Below are positions 42,432 to 51,398 of a stretch of 64,000 bases of DNA, in pieces (within the stretch, counting starts at the first letter, position 1; every line of letters begins with the position of its first letter). The stretch lies in the IMG/VR virus record IMGVR_UViG_3300045988_127881. One strand, 5' to 3'. Under the pieces are notes generated by a model, which saw only the letters and a program-made list of their open reading frames with translations, ran no database searches and had not been told where the DNA came from. This stretch comes from a virus. Made by a program: the position numbers and the translations under genes.

Positions 42432-42682
42432 CACAGACATTTGTAAGCATTCCGCTGGAGGATTGGCAACGCATGGTGTCAATTCTTGAAAGAGTGGAAG
42501 AACGCTTGAAGCCAGAAGATAAGTGGATAGGCACGAAAGAGGCTTGTGATATGCTTGGCATCACACCAAACACATGGATAAACTACCGAAAGAAATTCAA
42601 AGTGAAGTGTTCGCAGGTAGGACGAAATGTGTTGGTGTTGAAGTCTGACGTTGAGCGACTGCTAAGAAAGCGAGAGCTATGA
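42428..42682 (+). CDS. Small HTH DNA-binding protein (excisionase/MerR-like)
   Basis: 84 aa. WIGTKEACDMLGITPNTWINYRKK. Confidence 0.55.
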   Translation: MTQTFVSIPLEDWQRMVSILERVEERLKPEDKWIGTKEACDMLGITPNTWINYRKKFKVKCSQVGRNVLVLKSDVERLLRKREL

Positions 42683-42708
42683 ACGAACGCGTGGAGTATG
42701 TTGTTAGG

Positions 42709-43176
42709 CTATTCTTCCTTGGGGTATTCGGAATTTTCCTCATAGTCTATTTTCTTTTTACGTTCAAGGGGACTTCGATGCCTCCGAAATGCAAAGACAA
42801 CCTCATTGATAAACCTCGGGATAGCGAAAAGGAAAGGCCCGCAGAGAAAAGCCACAAAGACACTATTTATATCATTGTGGTGAGTGAATACGCACAGAAA
42901 AGACACGTAAACAACTGAATACATCTCGTATGATTTGGCAGAAAAAACCTTGTTGCACATAAAATAGTCTGTAACAAACACCATCACAAGGTATGCTATC
43001 ACAATAGATGATGACAGCATCAACGACAGCATGATTTGCGTTGGGAATATGTACGAAGCAAATTTTTCAAAAGTGAAAAATAACGCGGTGTATGCTGGTA
43101 TAACACCTATGGCAAATGCAAACAAAATCTTTTTCTGCATTCTCGTAGCTGAGTTTAATAACGTATTGAAATCCAT
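42709..43176 (-). CDS. Multi-pass membrane protein on the opposite strand within the early operon (moron; superinfection-exclusion candidate)
   Basis: ATG at 43176 (MDFNTLLNSATRMQKKILF...). About 4 hydrophobic helices. Own TATATTTG box. Confidence 0.55.
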   Translation of the reverse strand: MDFNTLLNSATRMQKKILFAFAIGVIPAYTALFFTFEKFASYIFPTQIMLSLMLSSSIVIAYLVMVFVTDYFMCNKVFSAKSYEMYSVVYVSFLCVFTHHNDINSVFVAFLCGPFLFAIPRFINEVVFAFRRHRSPLERKKKIDYEENSEYPKEE

Positions 43177-43197
43177 TTGAATTTTAGTTTGGCACTG

Positions 43198-43205
43198 CAA
43201 ATATA
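43198..43205 (-). promoter_or_regulatory. -7 box TATATTTG for the membrane moron, flanked by 13-bp direct repeats
   Basis: Plus strand reads CAAATATA. ATTTTAGTTTGGC occurs at 43181..43193 and 43241..43253. Confidence 0.45.
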
Positions 43206-43298
43206 AAAACAAATAACAGCACCTCGCCCATTCCCATAAGATTTTAGTTTGGCGACAATTTCTTTCGGGTGGGGTGCTTTCTTAATAAACCTACAATT

Positions 43299-43694
43299 AT
43301 GAACCAATGCTTTTTTATCGGCAACCTCGTTGCCAACGCCGCGCAGAAGAATGCTAACGGCAACAACTTTATCACTTTCACCATTGCAGTGAACAGAAAG
43401 TACAAGGACAAGGAAACCGTACTGTTCGTGGAGTGCATTAAAAATGGTGATAATGCAAATCTCCTCCCATACTTGCAGAAGGGCAAAAAGGTGGCCGTCT
43501 GCGGCCGCGTGTCGTGCCATGCCTACACCGACAACCAGGGCCAGTCGCGCGCATCTCTTGATTTGTCTGTTTTCGAGCTTGAACTTGTAAGCAGTTCAAA
43601 CACAACGCAATCACCGCAGCAAACGGCAGTCCATGCACAAACGCCAAGCAATCCGTTCCCTACGAGCCAGCAAAGTGACGGACTCCCATTCTGA
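43299..43694 (+). CDS. ssb: Single-stranded DNA-binding protein
   Basis: OB-fold-like N-terminus (FFIGNLVANA...). C-terminal tail ends in DGLPF. Confidence 0.85.
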   Translation: MNQCFFIGNLVANAAQKNANGNNFITFTIAVNRKYKDKETVLFVECIKNGDNANLLPYLQKGKKVAVCGRVSCHAYTDNQGQSRASLDLSVFELELVSSSNTTQSPQQTAVHAQTPSNPFPTSQQSDGLPF

Positions 43695-44134
43695 TGAAGT
43701 ACGATGTAAGCAACCCATTGCATAGGGAACAGGCGAGGGAGCGACTTGAAGCATTGCTCGGCAAGGAGCATGGCATCATAGAATTGTCGGAGGTCAAACC
43801 GCAGCGCAGCATCAAGCAAAACAAGTACCTGCACTTGCTGTTGGGATTTTTCGCTTCCGAATATGGTGAAACAATAGACTACGTAAAAGAGCAATACTTC
43901 AAGCTCGCTGCCAACCGTTCAATATTCGTGAGAGAACGAGATGACAAGTTGGCTGGCCGTGTTTCCTACCTGCGCTCCACACGCGACCTTGACAAGGGGG
44001 AAATGCAGATAGCAATAGAACGTTTCCGTAATTGGTCAAGCATTAACGCAGGCATTTACCTCCCATCGGCAGACGAGCACCGACTGCTTGAACTTGCAGA
44101 AATAGAAATAAGCAGAAACAAGAATTTCCTATGA
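43694..44134 (+). CDS. NinB-like recombination protein, putative
   Basis: RSIKQNKYLHLLLG resembles the lambda NinB RSLDQNRKLWACLG. Confidence 0.45.
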   Translation: MKYDVSNPLHREQARERLEALLGKEHGIIELSEVKPQRSIKQNKYLHLLLGFFASEYGETIDYVKEQYFKLAANRSIFVRERDDKLAGRVSYLRSTRDLDKGEMQIAIERFRNWSSINAGIYLPSADEHRLLELAEIEISRNKNFL

Positions 44135-44961
44135 ACGAGATACAAATTTTCAACAGCCCACAATTTGGCGAGATACGCACCGCAACTGACGACAACAACG
44201 AGCCTTTATTCTGTGCAGCTGATGTGTGCAAGGCTCTCGGATATGCTAATCCACGGAAAGCGATAGCAGACCATTCAGAACAAGAGGACGTAACGAAACG
44301 TGACACCCCTACACAAGGCGGCATTCAGATGATGACTTTCGTCAACGAGAGCGGACTTTATTCCCTCATCTTCGGCAGTAAGTTGGAGAGCGCAAAACAG
44401 TTCAAACGCTGGGTTACAAGCGAAGTCCTTCCCGAAATCCGCAAAAACGGAGGATATATCAGAGGTAATGTGGACGAGACACCAGAAGAACTTATGGCAC
44501 GAGCCTTGGCTGTTGCGAAGCAAACACTTGAAAGAGTGGAGCGCGAACGTCAACAACTCGCCAACACCAACGAAACCCAACGCATACAATTAGGCATTCA
44601 GGACGCAGAGATTAGAAAAGCTGCTCCAAAGGTGGAGTATTACGACAAGGTGATGCAGTCCAACTGCACCATGACAACCACTCAAATTGCTAACGGACTC
44701 GGAATGCCATGCCACAGACTGAACAAGCTGCTGCGAGATGCTGGCATTCAGTACAAGCAAAGCGGACAATGGTTGTTGCGCTCGCCATACACCGACTTCG
44801 GACTGCACGCAGTACGCACACAAACGTACACCCATGCAGACGGCTCAATAGGCACAAGCCAGTACACCGTATGGAACGAACGAGGCAAACGCTTCATTTC
44901 GGCACTTGTTGACAACAACTGGAACGTAAAACAAGCAATCAAAGTATTAAGCGATTTTTAG
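44131..44961 (+). CDS. Antirepressor (Bro-N plus KilA-C domains)
   Basis: FGEIRT...EPLFCAADVCKALGY ... GLYSLIFGSKLESAKQFKRWVTSEVLPEIRKNG. Confidence 0.8.
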   Translation: MNEIQIFNSPQFGEIRTATDDNNEPLFCAADVCKALGYANPRKAIADHSEQEDVTKRDTPTQGGIQMMTFVNESGLYSLIFGSKLESAKQFKRWVTSEVLPEIRKNGGYIRGNVDETPEELMARALAVAKQTLERVERERQQLANTNETQRIQLGIQDAEIRKAAPKVEYYDKVMQSNCTMTTTQIANGLGMPCHRLNKLLRDAGIQYKQSGQWLLRSPYTDFGLHAVRTQTYTHADGSIGTSQYTVWNERGKRFISALVDNNWNVKQAIKVLSDF

Positions 44962-44962
44962 T

Positions 44963-45202
44963 ATGAATTTTATTGACAAAATATTTATTCTGTTCCGAGA
45001 GCGGAGAGCGCAAAGCAAGGCCAAGCAGTCCGAAATGCTGTGCGGCCAACTGTCAGAGCGCATTCAGGTAAAGGAGTTCCAAGGCCGTATGTACATAGCG
45101 GTCGATGGAGTGCCAATGATAGACACGGAGGACCTGCGGACTGGAGTTGTAGACGAACTTTCCGAAATACGCAACACCATCATAAAATACAAAATGCGTT
45201 GA
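44963..45202 (+). CDS. Hypothetical small protein (79 aa)
   Basis: ORF track. Confidence 0.55.
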   Translation: MNFIDKIFILFRERRAQSKAKQSEMLCGQLSERIQVKEFQGRMYIAVDGVPMIDTEDLRTGVVDELSEIRNTIIKYKMR

Positions 45203-45203
45203 T

Positions 45204-45650
45204 ATGCCATACTACATCAAGAAAGAAAGTGCGAAAAAGAAACCACGCAAGAGCGGAACACGCACACTCATCAACAAACTTGACAAGATTTTCAGCCTCT
45301 ACATAAGGTTGAGGGATAGCAAGCCATTTGGCTACAAGGCTTTCAAGTGCATATCATGCGGACAGATAAAGCCTTTCGCCAAGGCAGACTGCGGACACTA
45401 CTACTCACGCTCCAAAATGTCCACGAGGTACGACGAGGATAATTGTAATAGCGAATGCAATTTTTGCAACAGATTCAAATCAGACCATCTGGACGGTTAC
45501 AGAGAGAACTTGATACGCAAGATAGGCCAAAGCAGATTCGACTTGTTGCGGTCACACTCCAACCAAGTTAAGAAGTGGTCAGAGTTCGAGTTGCAGCAAC
45601 TAATCAAGTACTACTCGGCACTTGTTGACAAAATGTTAGAAGAAAAATGA
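45204..45650 (+). CDS. ninG: NinG-family recombination protein
   Basis: LDKIFSLYIRLRD...CISCG...CGHYYSR...CNSECNFCN pattern. Confidence 0.8.
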   Translation: MPYYIKKESAKKKPRKSGTRTLINKLDKIFSLYIRLRDSKPFGYKAFKCISCGQIKPFAKADCGHYYSRSKMSTRYDEDNCNSECNFCNRFKSDHLDGYRENLIRKIGQSRFDLLRSHSNQVKKWSEFELQQLIKYYSALVDKMLEEK

Positions 45651-45856
45651 AACTATACCAGACACCGACAGAAAAGAAACGACAAAGGGAACATTCCAAA
45701 ATATTCAGATTGTACTGCAAGCTGCAAGACAGCACAGATTTGTCGAACAATCAGATATACAGCCACATTGCGTTTAAGCTTGGCTATTCGGTCAGCGGTG
45801 TGCGCAAAGTGGTCACACGCATCAAAACCGAAAGACAATGTGCAATGGATGGATAA
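45647..45856 (+). CDS. Hypothetical small protein (69 aa)
   Basis: ORF track. ATGA overlap with ninG. Confidence 0.5.
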   Translation: MKLYQTPTEKKRQREHSKIFRLYCKLQDSTDLSNNQIYSHIAFKLGYSVSGVRKVVTRIKTERQCAMDG

Positions 45857-46680
45857 AGCTACACCGCAAAATTCTTGATTGGGAATGGTTCACTTCACCA
45901 AGCACCCTGCAACTGTTCATTTACTTGTTGTTAAGGGCAAACAAGGAGGATAAAAAATGGCGAGGCATACTAATAAAAAGGGGGCAGCTCGTCACCTCGG
46001 TAGCCACCATTAGCGAAGAAACCAAATTAAGCACGCAACAAGTGCGCACTTCGCTCAATCGCCTAAAATCAACAAACGAAATAACAAGCAAAACAACAAA
46101 CAGATTTACGCTCGTAACTGTCTGTAAATACGAGAGTTACCAACTTTACGAGGAGGTAGAGCAACAAACAAAACAACAAGCACTTCAACAAACAAATAAC
46201 AAACAGATAACAAACAAACAACAACAACTAAAGAATAATAAGAATATAAGAAATAATAAGAAAGAATCTATACTCACTAACGTTCGTATAGATGAGAAAG
46301 CTACGGACGCTCCTGTCGTCGCTACAACCACAACAGACGATATGGAACTTCGGAAAGAAAAATTTTATCAGTCTTTAGTGCCTTACGTCGCAAAGTATGG
46401 CAAGGACATGGTTCGGGCTTTCTACGACTATTGGACGGAAAAAACGTATGGAGGACGAAAAATGCGGTTCGAGAAGCAACAAGCATTTGAAATCTCAAAA
46501 CGTCTTGCCACATGGCAGAAACATGATTTAAGCTATGCAAACAGAGATAACACAAGAATTGGTCAGTCGGGCAGCACTCGCGCAGAGCGAGATGCAGAGT
46601 TCCTTGCCCATGTCAGAGAAAAAATGTCGCGCACTGACGAAGACGCAAGCGACATACCTTTTGCGCTACGCGACTGCTGA
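45838..46680 (+). CDS. Replication initiator / replisome organiser (winged-helix N-domain)
   Basis: WIKLHRKILDWEWF...LLLRAN...RGQLVTS...LSTQQVRTSLNRLK. Internal Q/N/K low-complexity tract. Confidence 0.65.
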   Translation: MCNGWIKLHRKILDWEWFTSPSTLQLFIYLLLRANKEDKKWRGILIKRGQLVTSVATISEETKLSTQQVRTSLNRLKSTNEITSKTTNRFTLVTVCKYESYQLYEEVEQQTKQQALQQTNNKQITNKQQQLKNNKNIRNNKKESILTNVRIDEKATDAPVVATTTTDDMELRKEKFYQSLVPYVAKYGKDMVRAFYDYWTEKTYGGRKMRFEKQQAFEISKRLATWQKHDLSYANRDNTRIGQSGSTRAERDAEFLAHVREKMSRTDEDASDIPFALRDC

Positions 46681-47203
46681 AAACGTGATAGCATCATTTT
46701 CGCCAGACAAGCAAGTGAATTTTGCACGCTATCCGCAGAAATGCCTCGTCGGGAACTGCCCCACACTGGTTGATGTCCGCTGCATCTGGGGTGGACGGTT
46801 CGCAGAGTTGTGGCTGGAGTGCCAGCTGAAAGACCTCTCAGAGTATGCAGGGGCAAAAGAGAAACCCGACACGCTGCAAATCGAGGAAACCGCAAGGGTC
46901 ATAGCAGGCGAGTTCTACTACCTCAAACTTTCAGAGTTCATGTTGTTCTTCGCCCACTTCAAGGCTGGGCGGTATGGCAAGTTCTACGGCAGCGTCGACC
47001 CCCTCGTGATAACAGAAGCCTTGCAAAAGTTCAAACTATGGCGGTTCGATGCCCTGAACAGAGTGCATGAGGCGGCAGAACGGGAAAAGCGGAACGCGAA
47101 ACCAGCAAACGACCCAGATTGCTGCACATGGGCAGAATGGCAAGAACTGCGGTGGTTGTTCAACATGGGCTACGAACGCGGAAAGGACGGGAAAATAAAA
47201 TGA
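46610..47203 (+). CDS. Replication-associated hypothetical protein
   Basis: Track ORF 46535..47203. Start is uncertain (ATG at 46535, 46592 or 46610). Overlaps the initiator 3' end. Confidence 0.5.
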   Translation: MSEKKCRALTKTQATYLLRYATAENVIASFSPDKQVNFARYPQKCLVGNCPTLVDVRCIWGGRFAELWLECQLKDLSEYAGAKEKPDTLQIEETARVIAGEFYYLKLSEFMLFFAHFKAGRYGKFYGSVDPLVITEALQKFKLWRFDALNRVHEAAEREKRNAKPANDPDCCTWAEWQELRWLFNMGYERGKDGKIK

Positions 47204-47385
47204 GGAAAGTCTTGGTCTATTGGACTTGCAACCGCATTGCAAAACGCAAAATCCAAAAACGTTTCAATCTCATTGAGCACACTTCTGTCAACGGAGAAAC
47301 AGAATGCACGGTGCATGACGCAGATTGGGAGCTATTCAAGGAGACATCAAAACGCGGATTTTTCAAAATTCGACACAAAACATAG
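47200..47385 (+). CDS. Hypothetical small protein (61 aa)
   Basis: ATGA overlap start at 47200 (MRKVLVYWTCNRIAKRK...). Confidence 0.5.
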   Translation: MRKVLVYWTCNRIAKRKIQKRFNLIEHTSVNGETECTVHDADWELFKETSKRGFFKIRHKT

Positions 47386-47518
47386 AAGATGACATCGTTT
47401 CGTACGTCAAAACAACCTTGGAATGGTTATTTATCTTCGTTCTGACGGCATTTCATACGTAAATCGTATAAGTTATCACACAAAGACAAAATAAAGCATT
47501 AAACGCAAAATTTAGAAG

Positions 47519-48322
47519 ATGACAAAACAACCGATAAACCCCATCACATCACAATTCTCTAATCCCTTTTTCGGCAAAAGTCTGAAAAGACGCATTGGCT
47601 CGCCTCTCTACACAACCTACAAGAATGGCATTAACGAGCTGGAGGAGCGCGACAGGCGATGCAGAGAAGAACCGACAAGCAAGGAGAGCCGCATATTTGG
47701 CGATGTGTTCTACTTGAACATGATGCGCAAAGAACTTGCTAACGAGAAGCTGCGCAGTGCGCTGTGTACTATCAGCCAGAGCAAGTACTACCGACACGAC
47801 ATTAAGAAGGGCGTGAAAGAACTTCAGATTAAGATAGCAAGGTGGGACAGTGATATAGCTCGCTGCATAGCTACCGACAGCTTGATTGACATGTATGACG
47901 GTCTCGCAGAATGGACGAGCGAACACTTTGAACATCTGTGGCAACCGTTTTACTACTCGGTGATGCAGGTGCTTACACGGAATGGCGTTAAGGACGCTCC
48001 CGTGATGGCGGCTCTTGAATGTGCGCTGCCGCTGTATGAGTATGCCAACGGCCGCTTGCTGATGGACATTGCACAGACAGCAATGGACTGCCCTGCCACA
48101 AAGCTGCTTGGCGTGATGGTGGAGGAGGATATTTACCGCATGGCCGACAGACTACGCACAAGACTGGCTGGCATTGTGACTGGCAAGGACGAGGAGATTG
48201 ACCTTAATGCCGACACAAACGTCAACACAGCTGGCGTCAATCTGCTTAACGCATTGAGCAACACGGAGCAGATGAAGGGCTGGCTACAAGATTATTTTGA
48301 ATATCGCGATAGTGCGAAATAA
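47519..48322 (+). CDS. Hypothetical protein (267 aa)
   Basis: ORF track. Confidence 0.7.
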   Translation: MTKQPINPITSQFSNPFFGKSLKRRIGSPLYTTYKNGINELEERDRRCREEPTSKESRIFGDVFYLNMMRKELANEKLRSALCTISQSKYYRHDIKKGVKELQIKIARWDSDIARCIATDSLIDMYDGLAEWTSEHFEHLWQPFYYSVMQVLTRNGVKDAPVMAALECALPLYEYANGRLLMDIAQTAMDCPATKLLGVMVEEDIYRMADRLRTRLAGIVTGKDEEIDLNADTNVNTAGVNLLNALSNTEQMKGWLQDYFEYRDSAK

Positions 48323-48334
48323 ATTGACAAACAA

Positions 48335-48499
48335 ATGACGATAGAAGAAAGAGTACTGCACTACACAAGACGTAATTCCTACGGGAGATTGATATTCCCT
48401 CATTGCGTGAGAGCGCACATTGACGAGATAATGCTTTATGCGCCTTGGGCGTTGAGTGCAACAGAATTGAATAACATTAAGAGAGGTATTATGCGATGA
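48335..48499 (+). CDS. Hypothetical small protein (54 aa)
   Basis: Own translation (MTIEERVLHYTRRNSYG...). Below the track cutoff. The track's minus-strand ORFs here look spurious. Confidence 0.4.
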   Translation: MTIEERVLHYTRRNSYGRLIFPHCVRAHIDEIMLYAPWALSATELNNIKRGIMR

Positions 48500-48672
48500 A
48501 TGAGCCAGTGTGTAAAAACTGCAAGTACTATGTGGGGAAGACGAACTATCTTCCAGACGGATATTATTGCAAGTATGCCTTCAAACCTTATGCTAACAAG
48601 TGGTGCAACTGCATTGATGATTGCGAATACAACGACAGGGTAGCACGTGAATGCAATAGCACAAATACCTGA
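48496..48672 (+). CDS. Cys-rich small protein (58 aa)
   Basis: Own translation (MNEPVCKNCKYYVGK...CNCIDDCEY...). ATGA overlap with the previous ORF. Confidence 0.4.
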   Translation: MNEPVCKNCKYYVGKTNYLPDGYYCKYAFKPYANKWCNCIDDCEYNDRVARECNSTNT

Positions 48673-48837
48673 CCGTTGCAAAAAATGCAATAGTCGAGGT
48701 CATAACACAATGTACGAAGCAAGAAGTATGCATTAGTTGCAATGCAACACACTGATGCACTTTTCTGAGAATTGATAAACAAACAACAATCACAGTTGCC
48801 AGAAAAAGTGGTAACAACAAAAAAAACAAATAAAGAA

Positions 48838-49134
48838 ATGGAAACAAACATTGGAAAGAAAGTCATTATCCGCGGCGACCGCAGCGGAGTAGAGTTTGGA
48901 ACATTGATAGCGCAAAACGGTCAAGAGGTTACGCTTCACAACGCTCGTAGAATATGGTACTGGGACGGAGCAGCATCTATTTCACAGCTCGCCGTAGATG
49001 GCACGTCTAACCCAAGAGAATGCAAGTTTACTGTCGCGGTAGAGAGTATTACCATTCTTGACGCAATAGAGATAATTTCTTGCACTGACAAAGCGATAAA
49101 ACCAATAGAAGGTGTACCAACATGGAAACGTTAG
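48838..49134 (+). CDS. Hypothetical protein (98 aa)
   Basis: ATG at 48838 (METNIGKKVIIRGDRSGVEFG...). Confidence 0.6.
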   Translation: METNIGKKVIIRGDRSGVEFGTLIAQNGQEVTLHNARRIWYWDGAASISQLAVDGTSNPRECKFTVAVESITILDAIEIISCTDKAIKPIEGVPTWKR

Positions 49135-49886
49135 AAACGCGCATAAAAGAATTTTTGAGCACAACCTGTGGCGATGGTTCTGGCCTTGGCTCTGGCTGTG
49201 GCTTTTTCGATAGCAGTGGCTGTGGTTATGGCGATGGCTCTGGTTATGGCTCTGGTTAGGGCTATGGCTCTGGCCGTGGCTTTGGCGATGGCTCTGGCTA
49301 TATCTGTGGCGATGGCGATGGCTCTGGCAACGGCAAGGGCTTTGGTTCTGATGATGGCTGTGGCTATGGCTCTGGCAATGGCTTTGAGTCTCGCAGAGGC
49401 GTAAAGGAACTGAATGGAGAAAATGTCCATCTCGTAGATGGTATTCAAGCCATTATAAAATCAGTTCACGGCAACATTGCACAAGTTTTTATCCTAAACA
49501 GCGACCTTACTTTGCATCCTTGCTACATTGTCAAAGAACAAAATAAATTCGCTCATGGCGACACCTTGCACGATGCTTTCACATCTCTGCAAGAGAAACT
49601 CGAGAGAATCTATGACGAGAGCACCGAAGAGGAGCGAATAGAGGCGTTTGTTAAAAAATTTCCAAACTACGACACGCCTTATTCCAACCGCGACCTTTTC
49701 GATTATCACCACGTCCTCACTGGCTCATGTCGCATGGGTAGAGAGAGCTTTTGCAAGGATAAGGGCATAAACCTTGATGACAGCACCACAGTCCGCGAGT
49801 TCGTATCTCTGACAAAGGATAGCTATGGCTCAGGAACTATTCGTAGGCTACCGCAGGCTTATGGAGTAAACTGGCAAAAAGAATGA
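49122..49886 (+). pseudogene. Gly-rich-repeat protein gene with one in-frame TAG (49257..49259): pseudogene or read-through
   Basis: Own translation from the ATG at 49122: METLETRIKEFLSTTCGDGSGLGSGCGFFDSSGCGYGDGSGYGSG-TAG-GYGSGRGFGDGSGY... It continues in the same frame into track ORF 49512..49886. No ATG or GTG start lies between the TAG and 49512. Confidence 0.6.
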
Positions 49887-49892
49887 CAGAAT

Positions 49893-50084
49893 ATGACGGA
49901 AAAAGAAAAGATTAAAATGCTGCTTAAGATGCGCAACAAGATTGCGAGCCTTGGCATGGACTACAAGTGCAGCTGCACGTTCGTTGAGAACAGACTGACA
50001 GACCCGAATGTCGCAAAGACGTTTGATGCGCTGAGAGAGGCACTGGAGAACCAGTTACGTAAACAATTCAAATTTAATATATAG
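49893..50084 (+). CDS. Hypothetical small protein (63 aa)
   Basis: ORF track. Confidence 0.55.
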   Translation: MTEKEKIKMLLKMRNKIASLGMDYKCSCTFVENRLTDPNVAKTFDALREALENQLRKQFKFNI

Positions 50085-50088
50085 CTAT

Positions 50089-50832
50089 ATGGAGAAATAC
50101 AGATTAACTGATGAGACCATAGACTTTTGCGATGCAACGTTATATAGAATCGAAGCTCTTAGGAACTTTGGTTCAATAAAAGCTGGTGACAAAGGTGGAT
50201 TTGTGCAATCATATCATAATCTATCACAAGAAGGAGATTGCTGGATCCATGGCGAAGCTAAGGTCTTTGGTAACGCTAAAGTCTATGAGAATGCACAAGT
50301 ATTTGGCAGAGCAGAAGTCTGTGGCTACGCTTCTGTCAAAGGCGACGCTTTTGTCTTTGGCATAGCAAAAGTTTATGGTAGCGCTTTTGTCAAAGGCAAC
50401 GCTTTTGTCTTTGGCAGAGTAGAAGTTTATGACTGGGCTAAAGTCTATGGGAAAGCACAAGTATTTGGCGATGCTAAAGTCTATGGGAAAGCACAAGTAT
50501 TTGGCGATGCTAAAGTCTATGGTAACGCTTTTGTACATGGTGACGCAGAAGTCTATGATAAAGCAGAAGTCTTTGGCGTGGCATCAGTCTATGGTAACGC
50601 TTTTGTTAAAGGCGACGCTATAATTAAAACAGGCCGAGATTATATAGTTTTCAAAAATTGGTGGAGCAGTGACCGCTATTTTACATGGACACGAAGCAAC
50701 AATATGTGGAACGTTGGTTGTTTCTATGGCACTGGTAAAGAACTCATCAAGAAAGCCTATGCGGATAGTGAAGATAGCGGAAAAGAATATGAACGAGTAG
50801 TGAGATATGTGGAGAGCATTCTTGCAGACTAA
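50089..50832 (+). CDS. Beta-helix hexapeptide-repeat protein (247 aa), paralog of 11085..11879
   Basis: Same N- and C-terminal domains (YIVFKNWWSSDRYFTWTRSNN...EYERVVRYVESIL) and 6-aa repeats. Confidence 0.75.
   Translation: MEKYRLTDETIDFCDATLYRIEALRNFGSIKAGDKGGFVQSYHNLSQEGDCWIHGEAKVFGNAKVYENAQVFGRAEVCGYASVKGDAFVFGIAKVYGSAFVKGNAFVFGRVEVYDWAKVYGKAQVFGDAKVYGKAQVFGDAKVYGNAFVHGDAEVYDKAEVFGVASVYGNAFVKGDAIIKTGRDYIVFKNWWSSDRYFTWTRSNNMWNVGCFYGTGKELIKKAYADSEDSGKEYERVVRYVESILAD
50437..50522 (+). repeat. Perfect 36-bp tandem duplication (2.4 copies) inside the repeat protein gene
   Basis: GCTAAAGTCTATGGGAAAGCACAAGTATTTGGCGAT at 50437..50472 and 50473..50508, then a partial copy. Confidence 0.9.
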
Positions 50833-50851
50833 CGAAAATTTATAAAAAACT

Positions 50852-51166
50852 ATGACTACAACATTCTACAATTACACACCCCACTCGATAACGCTTAACA
50901 GCGGAGAGAAGTATGACAGTGTCGGAGTGGCACGAGTTCAGAACACTTTCAGCGAGGTTGATGATAACGGCATTTGCTCGGTAAGCTATGGCGACATAAC
51001 TGGGCTTCCAGAGCCTAAAGACGGCTGCATATACATCGTGAGTGCTTTGGTGCTTGCGGCAGCTAAAGCGGCTGGTCGAACGGATTGTGTTGCGCCTGCA
51101 ACGGGCCACCCTGATTGTCTGCGCAAGGACGGGTTTATAGTTTCTGTCCCGTGTTTTATCAGATAA
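50852..51166 (+). CDS. Hypothetical protein (104 aa)
   Basis: ORF track. Confidence 0.6.
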   Translation: MTTTFYNYTPHSITLNSGEKYDSVGVARVQNTFSEVDDNGICSVSYGDITGLPEPKDGCIYIVSALVLAAAKAAGRTDCVAPATGHPDCLRKDGFIVSVPCFIR

Positions 51167-51193
51167 CATTATTAACACCAAAAACCAAACAAT

Positions 51194-51394
51194 ATGCAGG
51201 TAGAAATAAGCGCAATGATTGAGGATTACGATATTCTCGCTTACGTATCAGAGAAAAAACAGGCTAAAGTAATTGACAACATCTTCTGTGAGTGTTCCGA
51301 AGAGAGTAGAATAGAATTTCTTCACGGTCTTGAAGATTATTATTTTGTCGATGAACTGGAAGCACGTGGATATACGATAACTAAAAACGAATAA
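51194..51394 (+). CDS. Hypothetical small acidic protein (66 aa)
   Basis: ORF track. Confidence 0.55.
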   Translation: MQVEISAMIEDYDILAYVSEKKQAKVIDNIFCECSEESRIEFLHGLEDYYFVDELEARGYTITKNE

Positions 51395-51398
51395 AACA

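Noticed and set aside
42679-42918. Plus-strand 79-aa ORF with an ATGA overlap to the upstream HTH gene.
   Set aside because: It is antisense to the 3' part of a longer multi-TM ORF that has its own promoter box. Its hydrophobic stretch mirrors the opposite-strand TM helices. It cannot be fully excluded.
35412-49259. Genome-wide TAG (amber) recoding, as in some Bacteroidota-infecting phages.
   Set aside because: TAG terminates several well-defined genes (portal at 35412, then 36702, 47383 and 49132), and no structural gene is interrupted. Only one in-frame TAG was seen.
49131-49448. Ala/Leu-rich ORFs on both strands (49131..49448 minus, 49168..49404 plus).
   Set aside because: They are alternative frames of the GGC/TCT-rich repeat. 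The Gly-rich frame connects a proper ATG to the downstream conserved domain.
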